64,000 nucleotides of DNA from the human T2T-CHM13v2.0 reference genome, Homo sapiens: assembly GCF_009914755.1 (NCBI RefSeq), contig NC_060927.1. One strand, 5' to 3'. Within the stretch, counting starts at the first letter, position 1, and each line of letters starts with the position of its first letter. The notes below the pieces were generated by a model. It was not told the origin of the DNA. It saw only the letters and a program-made list of their open reading frames with translations, and ran no database searches. This document shows, piece after piece, positions 25,454 to 36,576 of the stretch. The position numbers were made by a program, and so were the translations under genes.

Positions 25454-27809
25454 CTGAGTAAAAATAAAAACAACAGTTTATGGCTAGTAAGGTAGATAAA
25501 GACAACATTGTATATATATAGCAAATAAAAATAGAAAGCGCATTCAACTTGATTATTATACATTTTAAAACTATCTTCATTTACTTTTTGTCAGTTATGC
25601 AAAGAAATTATGCCTCAGAAAATTATCTTTCCACCCTGTGCCTAATTTTTCTCATTTACAAAATGATGGTCTTTAAATACATACAATCTTAAAAACTCTT
25701 TCAGTCTCTAAAGAAGCCTTACATAACAAAAACTTAGCCATACATTAGGAAATTCTCAAATACATTGTTTTAGCTTTTCTTAGTCTACCAATGATTTTGC
25801 ACATTTCCTTATATTTTGGGATAAGAGATATTATTTATAAATTTTATTTTGCTAGAAATTAATTATTAAGTAGCCTTAATATTATGTGAGTTATTCAGCT
25901 AAGAATACCACCAATAAATATAACTTCTTAAAATATTTTGGTATATAATTTTTTGTCATTTATATGTCTATAAGTGCATACATTAAAAATTAGACTATAC
26001 TGCAAAACAGCTTTTAAATTTTAAAAAATAACATGTACATTTCTGATACAAATAAATGTGAAAAGAACTGGTAAAAATTAGATGGATTAATATTTTTTGT
26101 AAATTGAAGCACTTTACAATGTCTATAAAGCTGATTATTACAAGAAGAGTTTAGCAGGAATGCATAAAACTTTTTATGATTTAAATCAGGTGAAATATGA
26201 TGAAATAATAATTATAGTACTATTAGTTGGTGGAGTGATGCAAAATCTTAGAATAAAAAGCAAGAAAGTGACAGAAAGTGATACAATTTTTATGTTGAAT
26301 GTCATTAAATGCTAGATAAGTTTTATATATTAAGAATGAAGTTATATCAAGGTGGTAGACAAGATATAATTTAATGTTTTTGCTTTCATCTGTCAAAACA
26401 TGGTTTGTTTCAAACATATTTTCTACTTTGATAGCTCTGTGTTTTATACTGAGACATTTAGCTATCTTCGATAGAAAAAAATGTATGAAAAGCTATAATC
26501 TTTCTATGGAAAAGATAAGTAAAATTTGATCCATTTTGCAATATACCCGAGTGTCATTCATATGCTGATTCTATTACTGAAATGTTTCTCAGAATCTAAG
26601 ATTTATAAACCAATTCTGTTGACTGAAAAATAGAATTTATTAGTATCATTCATTGTTGTTTGAGCCAGAACACAAACAAGAACAAGTTTGATTCAAAGAA
26701 AAAATAAAAGTAGAAACAGATGTTCATATTTTATATACTGTCTCATTTATATTTTTACTGACCTTTTCTAGTAACATAGTCAAGTAAAATTAAGTTATAC
26801 TGTTTAACTTGCTTTAAGAATGTGAAAGGTGAAGGAACTAAAAGGATGTTTAAATTATTGATGGGTTTCTATTGTTCTCCAAAAAAGATATAAAGTGACA
26901 AATTGTCATTTCAAGGCCATTAAGAAAACAAATGCTGTCATAAAATCCCAATTTTGTGATATAACATGATAAAATTGATGTCTATGACTATAATTTTATT
27001 AGTTGCACATTGTAATCTCAAATATATAAAGCAAAAATTAGTAATGTTTTTGAAGGAGTGTGCAGAATGTGTTAAAGGAGACTTCACCTCCATGTCACAA
27101 GGGACAAGGGGCAGTGTGAGGTAGGCTATGAAAAGAAAGGAGAATTATCAAGAGACCATGATGTGATAGAACATTCTGAGGCCATTTTGCACATCGATTA
27201 TCTCATTTAACACACAACAACCCTACATAATAAAAAACGTATTGATTCTATTTTACACTGGAGAAAACGGGGGGTGACAGACGAAAGCTACTGAAGATTG
27301 CTTACAGGTAAAACGATATGAATTTAAAGCTAGCTGTTTTCAGAATTGGAGTTGTCTTTATTTGAAATTGTTTTCTTGCTAATCAGACCCATGAAAGAAT
27401 TATGTTAATGGAAGCAGAATTACACAATGTGCTGTTTTTAAGTCAGAGGAAATACAGTAATTATGAAGTGTAATCAATGGAAACATTTCTTGTTAGTGAC
27501 TTATCACTTAAATGGCAAATTCTGCCTGAAGTAACTAATGTACCTGAACTTGAGATAATAGGTTATAACAGTATCATAAAGTTGACAATGTAAGATGAGA
27601 GGCTGGTTGTAAGGGGGCGAATCCCTATAAAAACAAATTAAAACAACATAGTTAATAATCAAAATTAGGTTGAAGAAAATATGAGAATCAGAGTCAAAAC
27701 TAATCATTTTTAAGTTCTTTGAGGGTAAAGATTAGGTCTTTTTAAAAAATGAACCAAAAATATAAAATAAAAAGTGTCTATGGGGCCAGTTAGGTAACAT
27801 TAATTATTA

Positions 27810-27950
27810 TTATTATTTTTTATTATTATTATACTTTAAGTTCTAGGGTACATGTGCACAACGTGCAGATTTGTTACATATGTATACATGTGCCATGTTG
27901 GTGTGCTGCACCCATTAACTCGTCATTTACATTAGGTATATCTCCTATGC
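27810..27950 (-). mobile_element. Very short L1PA (L1PA4/5-like) 3'-end insertion in intron 2
   Basis: ttatactttaagttctagggtacatgtgcac...tcatttacattaggtatatctcc. TSD ttaattatta at 27800-27809 and 27952-27961. Confidence 0.88.
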
Positions 27951-30836
27951 TTTAATTATTAACAAAGGCAAATGGGAAAGTTCTTCCTCCATCTAAGGAG
28001 GATTCTCAGCTCCAGCCAGTTGTGGGGAGATTAGGGGTTGTGTTGTCAATAATTCTAATTTTTCAGACAAACCACGTTCATAGACTTGATGTAAAATATC
28101 CTGATCTTAAAATTTCGGTCCATAATTAAAATTAGTTTTAAGTAACAATAAAAATTGGTTAAACACCAGATCTTTGAACCAAATTCAGCTCATGGGTCAT
28201 GGGTTGGGAATTTCTGTTCCTTACTGAACATGCAGCACAGTGCTAGACACATAGTGACTTTTTCCCTAATAAATATTTATTTATTGAGTGAGTGAATTAA
28301 TGAATGAATGAAGCAACCTGTAGGAATCATGCTTGGTGTGATAGGAATGGTTTGTTAGGTTAGCCTTGACTCAATGATGCTAGCTGAATAACATATGATT
28401 TCAAAAAAATGGTATCTTTATAATATTGATTTATTTATAGGAGGAAGGCCTTGACAGTGCTACAGTTCCTGACTCCTACTTTTATATCACTAAAAAAATA
28501 CATAGTTGAGATTTTTTAAAAACTGTTTTTTGTATTTCGTGTGTGTGTCTGTGAAAGATAGAGATCTTTCACTGATTAATAATTTGCAAGAAACTTAAAA
28601 GCCATCAGAATATTGTCTAGAATCTTTTGAAATTTATACTAAACATCTTAAAAATAAATATAATTTTTGTTCTTAAAAGCAAAATCTTTATTCTTCCAAA
28701 ATCCTTGATAAAATATGAATTAGCTCTAGTCTTCTGCTTTTAGTCACATCTTGCCAATTACAATTTTAGATGTGAGTAATTACATCCACTTATAAAAACA
28801 AATCATTTTTCGGAGTAATGTCACTTACCAGATACTATCATTTTGTCAAAAAAAAAAAAAGACCAAAAATCTGTTTTTTATACAATGTGTTTGACATTTA
28901 GCTGTTTAATTTAAAAAACGTCATGTCAGGCAAACAAAATGAGTCTGAAAGCCATATCCAAACAGTGTGTCTACTGCCTGAGACCTCTATGTTAAAATCA
29001 TTTGAGAAGCAAAACAAAACAAAACAAAACAACAACAACAACAAAAAAACACTTTTGAGACACTAGTAGTACAGATTCTTGTTGGAAACAGGAGAGGATT
29101 ATTATTTCTGCAAATTATTTTCCACTGCTCACATTCATTTTCTGGTTGCACTTCTCTCAGTTCCCATTTAGTGAAGTTGAGATGTATAATTATATTTACA
29201 TCTTCAACATTAACCTATGATAAATATGTTAGGAAAAAATATTTTCTCTCTCTTGCTTCTGAAGTTCACTGACTGATAAAGGATGTAAAGAGAGGGAATC
29301 TTAGTTTGTTATGGACAAAAAGTTTAAACATAAAACTCGAACCATCAAAGAATTAAGATACTCTAGCTGATCAACCACCTGGCCCACCTAAGCATGTGCT
29401 ACCTTTGGGGTTTTAAAATTTTGTTGTGTTACACTATCAATAGGAAAATTGATGGTGGCTTCTCAGACAGTAGAAACACATCATTGTTATTATCAGAATT
29501 TTCTGATATCACAGCCTGGATCATAAGAGGGAATGGAGTCATTTGAACTATAAGCATCTTAAGCTAAAGTTTCTCACAATGTTTTATTTGTGAAGCCATG
29601 CTTCTTTTTCATAAGCCTTCATATTTCAAGTCTTTCTTTGGAATTTTAAAATAAACACAAATAAAAGCAATGGTAATTTTAGAAAAAAATATTATTTTGA
29701 TCTCGAAAGACATATTTTTAATTTCAAACCTGTGATATGAGTGTGACTGTTGATTCTGCTAGCCTGCCGTAAGACTCTTCTGTCTGTGCAGTACAGAAAG
29801 TAGAATATTTCATAGGTCATTTACAAGAATAAGTCTGTTGTTTGCTTTGTTTTCAGCTCTGAGATGGGTGGTCCCCACTTCTTAAAAATGACTGCCTTCA
29901 ACCAATTCATTATGACTTTTCATTTTCACTGGCACTAGACTCATCCTTCTCACAATTTTAGATGTTGTAAGACCGGGCTGGTTCACTAGTTTAGTGGCAA
30001 AATGCTAAGATTTATTAGAATGTTAGAGTTTTGAGGTTTGTGAATTGTTTCCTTTATGTTACATGTTTTTATAAGTGGCCCATAAGGGTTTATTATTAAT
30101 TTTCTCTGTCACTGTTGTTCTGGATATTAATCTTTAGAGACACATCATTATTATAAGTTCTAAGGTTATTTTAAAGACAAATGCATCTGCCATCTACTAC
30201 TAATAAAACTTAATGGCATTCTTAACAATAAAAAATTTTCTGGTCATTTGAAAAATATCTAGACATTCTAAATATTAAATGCCATCACTATGACATAGGA
30301 AAAATGGCCAGTTCATGGCTAATTATATAAAATAACTTTGTCGTTGAATTGATGGCAGAGTATACTTTGATATCCTCTAGATTTTGCAACCCTAAAATAG
30401 CCTGAGATGGACTGTTTTTATTTAACCTTCATCTCTGTTAAAGAATAATATACTTGCATACTCTGAGCAAAGGACAATTAATAGGACAGTTAATGCAGCA
30501 TACACTAATGCATTCTCAGATTAATTAAGTGATAGAACATCCTATATTTTGTCTAGAATAATACAATAATCTCCTTTTTCTTCCTGGCAGAGTCAAAATA
30601 TACAGCTCATTCCTCAACACTTTTCTTGTCTTAGCATATGGGAACAATTACACTGTAGGGAGTTCTGGAAGGGACCCTGCTTTCCACTCTCATTCTAGGT
30701 GTACTCTTCAGACCACAGAATCTTCTTTAAGTAAATAACTTGGCTAGATCCATACATGAACACACAGTAACAAACTGTCACTTGTGTCTTTTTTTTTTAA
30801 ACTGAGGGTTTTGTTTGTTTTTATGTTTGGACCAGG

Positions 30837-30838
<2 letters not shown>

Positions 30839-30875
<37 letters not shown>
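30839..30875. repeat. (GT)18 microsatellite in intron 2
   Basis: Seen directly. Confidence 0.97.
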
Positions 30876-30877
<2 letters not shown>

Positions 30878-31477
30878 ACAGAGAGAGGCCTACACTTACA
30901 ATTTGTTTTGGAACTGTTTTCAAGCACTCTGATTCCTTACTCTGAAAACTTTCCAAAACCCTGGAAGAATACTAGCAGTAAAACAACAAAAATGCCTTTC
31001 TTTACTGTTCCATTGCATAATAATGTTATAATGTAATGAGTTTTCAACTCCTTTCAGAGGGTTAATAATCCTTTTTCAAATGCAAGCTTCTTATAGCAAT
31101 GCTGCATCTCATTCTAGACTTGGGAGGGGAATATATTTTCTATTCTGGACTAAGAACTATGGTGAATGTATCATCTAAGTGCCTTTGTTGACATGGTGTG
31201 CTGAATGAATCCTAGTCTTCCCTTTTTTTTTTTCTACCTAAAATAATTATTCAGTACCACAGGCACTTCATGGGGTTTTTCAAAACCAGCTGAATTTAAA
31301 ATCTACCCCCAAACTGTTGTAGTGATTGTTTCATGTTATAATTTCTTCTCACTATTTACCACTGACATTTATCCTTGGACTCTCCATCCCCTACTGAGGC
31401 AACTTTGTTAATAGACCACTTTTCTGAAAGTCACCTAATGCATATTGCTGCCAATCACTGCAGTGTTGAGGACTTAC

Positions 31478-31670
31478 TTTTTTTCCCATCGGACGCCACT
31501 GCATATGCGTTCTGCCTGCAGTTGATGATGCAGCCACAGGGCAAGTGGGTCCAGCGTTTGGACAAGACAAACACTGGGGTTACAGTGGTGGCCAGCAGGG
31601 TAAGTAGAAAGCTGAATGTCTCCAAGGGAAGGCTCTGAAACCCCACGACGTTCTGGACCACCATGTGCAT
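31478..31670 (-). CDS. GPR149: GPR149 coding exon 2 (193 nt; ECL3, TM7, start of C-tail)
   Basis: Acceptor ttgcccttgcag|ATGCAC and donor AAA|gtaagt. Continues exon 1 in frame ([40 protein letters not shown]...DGKK) and ends in phase 1. Confidence 0.93.
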
Positions 31671-31729
31671 CTGCAAGGGCAAGAGAACTTCAGACCTAAC
31701 CTAAAATTATACTTTGTACTTCTCAAGCC

Positions 31730-33340
31730 TTTTCTCCACGCACGCTGCCTCAGTTCCCTTTCCAGTTCCTTCTCCTGATGGACAGCGGGGACCTCTGCTA
31801 CGGAGCTGGCTCCCTGTCCTTGGTGATGGGCTCCTGGGAACGGCGGGGCACACCCCCAGGGTTGGGAGGGGTTTCAGCTTTTGAGTGCCGGATCTGCGCC
31901 CGCTGCCTATTCAAGACTCCACCAGAAAGGCACAGTCTACAACGTGGGGGACGCTAGCTAGGAAACAGGCGTCCGTGAAACCCGCATCTGATTCTCCGAA
32001 TGGCCTTTGTCGCCTCCCTGGACCCTCACCTCCGCCCATGCGCGCTCGTCACAGTGGGGCGCCACTCTGCCACCTCTTAATCGGCTTCCTCCTGGAAGGA
32101 GGAACAAAAGCCTGTTTTGTTCCCTGTCTTCTCCCTCCACAACTGATCTCTCCTCCCCTCTATCCCGCCCTGCTGGAGATGGGCGTCGTCCTCTCTAGGC
32201 GGGAATGGAACGGCGAGAAAGGGATGACAGAAGGTTGTGGGGAAAAAACCTTTTAATTCCCTCTTTCCTTTTCTGAATACTCTCTGATTTTGCTGTGTGA
32301 GACAATATCCTTGGCCACCACCGATATGGAAAACTAAGTCGCTCGCGACGGAAAGCGATCCCCATGCCCCTGACTTTTGAAAGGAGAAGCATTTAGTAGT
32401 AAAGGTTTCGCAGCCAACTAGCCCTGTCCCGAACTGCCTTCTTCTAAGTGCATGTCTAAAACCCAGCGAGATACACTTGGAAGCGGACTTCACTGTGTGT
32501 CTCTTGGTGACTCCCCAAACCGGCGACGCCGGTCCCAACACTCATTTACACTGTCTGGCACACACACTCGCGCTTTGTGAGCAACTGCACTTTTACCATC
32601 ATGGGCAGCCAAAGGACGACTTTTGTAAGCGCTAGGATCAAAGCGAAGCGCTTCTGCGCTACGCTCACGGTGAAGCTCCTGGTGCCATAGAGAGTCCCCC
32701 GGTTCTCACGCCTGCAGGCTTCAGCCCCAGCGGCAGCGGGCGCACCCGGTCCGAACACGGTGTCGGAGCTCGGAGAGCATCCCCCAGAGCGCCGCAGACT
32801 CGGGCCTGGAGCATCCTCTGGGGACAGGGAAACCACTCTCCCCGCAGTAGGAGGGGTCCCAGGAATTGAAGCTCCACGGGAAATTTCCTGGTAGTTGGAG
32901 TGGAGTCTCGGCGGCTCCTCCGAACACAGCAATCGGTGAGTGAGTGGGACTGAGAGGCCCACGAGGAGTCCGAAGGCCAAAGCGTACACGATAGAGAGGA
33001 ATAGTACGTAGGAGCTGGAGCAGTCCACCAGGCAGCCCCAGGGCGTGCGCACGAAGGCGCCCCAGCCGCACAGCGGGAGCGCCGAGAGCAGCAGACTGGC
33101 TGCCCACACGGTCAGCACCACGCCGAGCACCTGGCCCGATCTTCTGGAGGCTGTCTGGCTCCCCACACCTCTGTGCATCGTATAAAAGTTGTAAGAGACT
33201 AGGAGAGTCGCCTTCAAGTTGCTAGAGAGGCCCTGGCATAAATACATTAAGGCAGAGGTGGTGCACAGAAATTGGAAGTAACCGGGGACCTCGTTTGGCC
33301 ACTGCAAAAACATGAAGATGGTCACCGACAGGACGCTCAT
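31730..33340. promoter_or_regulatory. Intragenic CpG island (intron 1 and 3' part of exon 1)
   Basis: Visibly high GC and CpG density against an otherwise very AT-rich window; boundaries estimated by eye. Confidence 0.8.
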
Positions 33341-33577
33341 GAGATCATCCACAGACCAGGAAGCCACAAGCATGGACACAACAGTTCTGTTCTGCATTTT
33401 CAGCAGGGAAATTAGTGAATAAATGCTGCCCACCAAGGCTGCAAAAGTCATGAGACATGTCAAGCAAAAAAGATAGATATTCAGGGTTCCTGGCGGATTT
33501 AAAAGGTCCGTAGAATTATGATTCTCTTTCCACAGGCTAGAGTCATTTGTTGATAAGTTACTGAGAAATAAAGACAT
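32597..33577 (-). CDS. GPR149: GPR149 coding exon 1 (327 codons; N-terminus, TM1-TM6, long ICL3)
   Basis: [29 protein letters not shown]... has three N-x-S/T sequons, hydrophobic helices and a TM6 WLP motif. Donor ATG|gtaaaa lies at 32597/32596 (phase 0). Protein recognised as GPR149. Confidence 0.95.
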
Positions 33578-34087
33578 TGTCCTTGGTCAATATTTAATTT
33601 CCCTTATCAATGAGTCTGATAATTTTCTCAAAAGAAAGACCGGCTGCTGCAAATCAGATTTCATTCCTCCTACCAAGTTCCCCTCTAGATGTTCTCCTTG
33701 TCAGTCCTGCAGAAAATGGTCAGCCATGTCTCCTTTAGATCTGACTCAAGCTATATTTAAAAATTAGGTTCCATTTCAAGCATAAAAAAAAAAAACCCGA
33801 ACAGATAACTTTTCAACATTCCAATTAAAAACAAAGCAAAAACTCCTTCCCACCATCAAGTTTCAGGGAAGAAAGCCAAAAAAATAAACAAAACAAAACT
33901 CTTCAGGTACATTAAAAACCAATGATGTCTGGATCCTTTGGGGTCCTTCTTATGGAGCAAAGCAGCTTGTAGCTTGAGATAATCAAACTCTGTTCACTTT
34001 TAAGAGCAGTAAAATGATGCATTTGGTTCCAGAGCTGGATTCAAAGGCAGGAGATTGTCAGGTAGGTTTCAGCTTTGAAGGTGGAGA

Positions 34088-34118
<31 letters not shown>

Positions 34119-34350
34119 GGCGAGCGCGAGCCAGTCAGAGGGAGCTTGTGCACAGAATCCCATCTGAACCGCTGTGTTCTTCAATCAGCCTGTGATCCTC
34201 GGAGCTGCAGGAAGGAGGAGTCAGCTCCAAGCAGGAGAGAAGCAGGAAAAAAAGGGAGGGGAGTTCAGTGTGTGAACAAAATGATATACGTATATCTTAG
34301 ACTGACTCTTTCAAAGCAAGAAACGGTGTACTTGCTAAGCTTCCCCTTTG
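33578..34350 (-). promoter_or_regulatory. Putative GPR149 5' UTR / proximal promoter region
   Basis: Unique sequence immediately upstream of the start codon, with a (GA)n tract and a small GC/CpG patch at 34118-34260. The TSS cannot be fixed from sequence. Confidence 0.5.
34084..34118. repeat. (GA)n microsatellite upstream of the GPR149 start codon
   Basis: Seen directly, with one interruption (gac). Confidence 0.95.
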
Positions 34351-35850
34351 GTTTCAACATGTAAAATTAGTCCAAATACTTGCTCAGGCTTGATGTGAAC
34401 TACAAATATAACCTGTGAGAGGTCTAAGCTACTCCAGTAACTAAGGGACTGCTTTTATTCTTACCTAGACTTTCTGCTTCATAATCCATTGGAGGAAGAA
34501 TATCATCAATCCCATGCATAAGAGTCAGATGTATCAGATTTCTTTTAAAAAAATAGTGTACTTAAGATTGTCGTTATAGTCCTCATTACTCTAAACGGGA
34601 TTATACAGAATCTTTGGATAGAGTCACACTAGCTTTAGACATTTATTTATAACTATTTTCTGTCAATGGTATCAAGTAAGCAGGCTGTCATTCGAATAAA
34701 TTATATGTCTAAGTATCCATAAAGTCGGAAGATATTACATAGGGCCTAAAAGGAAGATCACCCTACATTTTTAACCAGAGTATTTGGGACATACAATAGT
34801 TGTATCTCTTAATGGTCAATTTTGCAAGATGCGTGATTTAGCAAAGAAGTATCTAACAGAAGTACTTCTGGTCCAGCATTTCCCAGGATGCTTTAGGGCA
34901 GCATTCTTCTCAGCTTAGCCTCATGACCAGATGGCTGCATTCTCCCACATAGTGCTGGAGGTTTAAATGGAAACAGGGGAAGGGAAAGGAAATAGTTGAT
35001 ATTGATAATGATTTAATAACTGGAAGTAGTAATAGAACTGCGATCATTCTTTTCATTTTAGAAATAACTGAAGTATCATTTTGAACCCGAATCTGTTCAA
35101 GTAGAAAATGGTTGCATTAGTCATTACCAGCCACACCCTTCAATAAACACAGCAGGTATTTCACTTATCTTGATATGTTGATTGTTTGATTTTCCCCCTT
35201 ACTCAGCAAATGGAAACAAAAAACACATGTAACAGCTAGCTCAGCACTCTAGCTCTCCCTACTGATAGTATAGACTGTGTAGGGCTGTGTGAGTAGGAAA
35301 GGTTGAGGGTATATTCATTTTAAAATAATGTTGATTCAGAAAGTATGATGAAAAACAAATCTTATTTTTGAAGACTTCAAAGTTCCATGACATGCCATTC
35401 TGTCTCTTCTCACAAACCTTATTCTTCCTTGCCATAGCAAAAATATTATTCTTCAATATCGTATTGAATCCTGCATTTTCAGTTAGGTTGGACAATAAGT
35501 CTCAGATTGTTAATATACAATGAATAGAAATTAATAATAGCTACTGTAGTACCATTTCAGGTCTGAGAACATTTCCCCTATTATTATCATCATTTCTGGG
35601 TTTTCCATTAAATATAAATTTGGAAAAGGGATACTTAATCACCATGTTGTACTGTTCTTTGGGCTATTACAGAAGAAACAAGAATGTTTAGCACATTTCC
35701 AAGGGTTGGTAGCAGAACTGCAGCCAGGAGAGAGCTAGTAGAGATATCTGAATTTAACTTTAGACTCTGCTATTGCAGGATAGGTAACCTAGGACAACAA
35801 TTCTTGTACTTTCTCTGGCTGTCTGTTTCTGCATCTGTAAAATAAAGAGG

Positions 35851-36576
35851 CATCTTAGTCTATTTTGTGTTGCCAAAACAGAATACCACAGACTATGAAA
35901 TTTATAAAGAAAAAAAATATTTCTCATAGTTCTGGAGGCTGGGAAATCCAATATCAAGGTTCCAGCATCTTGCAAGGACCTTCTTGCTGCATCATCCCAT
36001 GGTAGAAGGTAGAACGGCAAGAGAGCATGAGAGAAAGAAAGAGAGAGAGAAAGAGGGGGCTGAACTCACTTTTTTTTTTCTTTTTAAAGAGCCAGGGTCT
36101 TGCTCTGTCACCCAGGTTGGAGTGGCAGTGGCACCATCATAGCTCACTAAAGCCTCCAACTCCTGGGCTCAAGTGATTCTCCTGCCTCAGCCTTCCAAGT
36201 AGTTGGAACTACAGGTTTGAGCAACCATGACCAGTTACGGTGTTTTTTTTTTGTTTTTTTTTTTTTGTATTTTTTAGAGGCAAGGTCTCACTATGTTGTC
36301 CAGGCTGGTCTCAAACTCCTGGCCTCAAGTGATCCACCCACCTCGGCCTCCTAAGGTGTTGGGATTATAGGTGTGAGCCTCTGCACATGGTCTCACTTTT
36401 ATAACAAGCCCACCTTCTGTAACTAGCCCACTTCTGAGGTAATGGCCTTAATTCACTCATGAGAGCAGAACCCTCGTGATCCAATCATCTCTTTTTAGGC
36501 CCCACTTTCCAAGACTCTTGCACTTGTATTAAGTTTTCAACACATGAGCTTTGGGGGACACATTCAAAGCATAGTG
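35851..36576 (-). mobile_element. MST-type (MSTC/MSTD-like) MaLR LTR inserted in a MIR and interrupted by an Alu
   Basis: tcttagtctattttgtgttgc...catagttctggaggctgggaaatcca...gggggacacattcaaagcatag. The MIR core (tttctgcatctgtaaaat) precedes it and the MIR tail (cctttccagttctaaaatt) follows. Confidence 0.8.
36070..36392 (-). mobile_element. AluJ inside the MST LTR
   Basis: AluJ diagnostics (catagctcac, ctcctgggctcaagtgat); flanked by tcactttt on both sides. Confidence 0.88.

Noticed and set aside
25454-25580. N-terminal part of the 194-aa ORF (MKIVLKC...) as a separate gene start
   Set aside because: It is intron 2 sequence that happens to be open; a polypyrimidine tract and AG at 25455-25454 give the correct phase with exon 2.
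31885-32541. 123-aa (+) and 154-aa (-) ORFs in intron 1
   Set aside because: GC-rich island sequence is stop-poor; the listed starts are GTG/TTG rather than ATG and there is no recognisable domain.
32546-32596. The 343-aa ORF as a complete single-exon GPCR
   Set aside because: It would lack TM7, which exon 2 supplies through the GT donor at 32596.
32665-33107. Alternative-frame ORFs overlapping exon 1
   Set aside because: Non-ATG starts in GC-rich coding DNA; expected by chance.
34014-34364. 116-aa + strand ORF with an ER repeat
   Set aside because: The repeat is the translated (GA)n microsatellite; no domain or other coding evidence.
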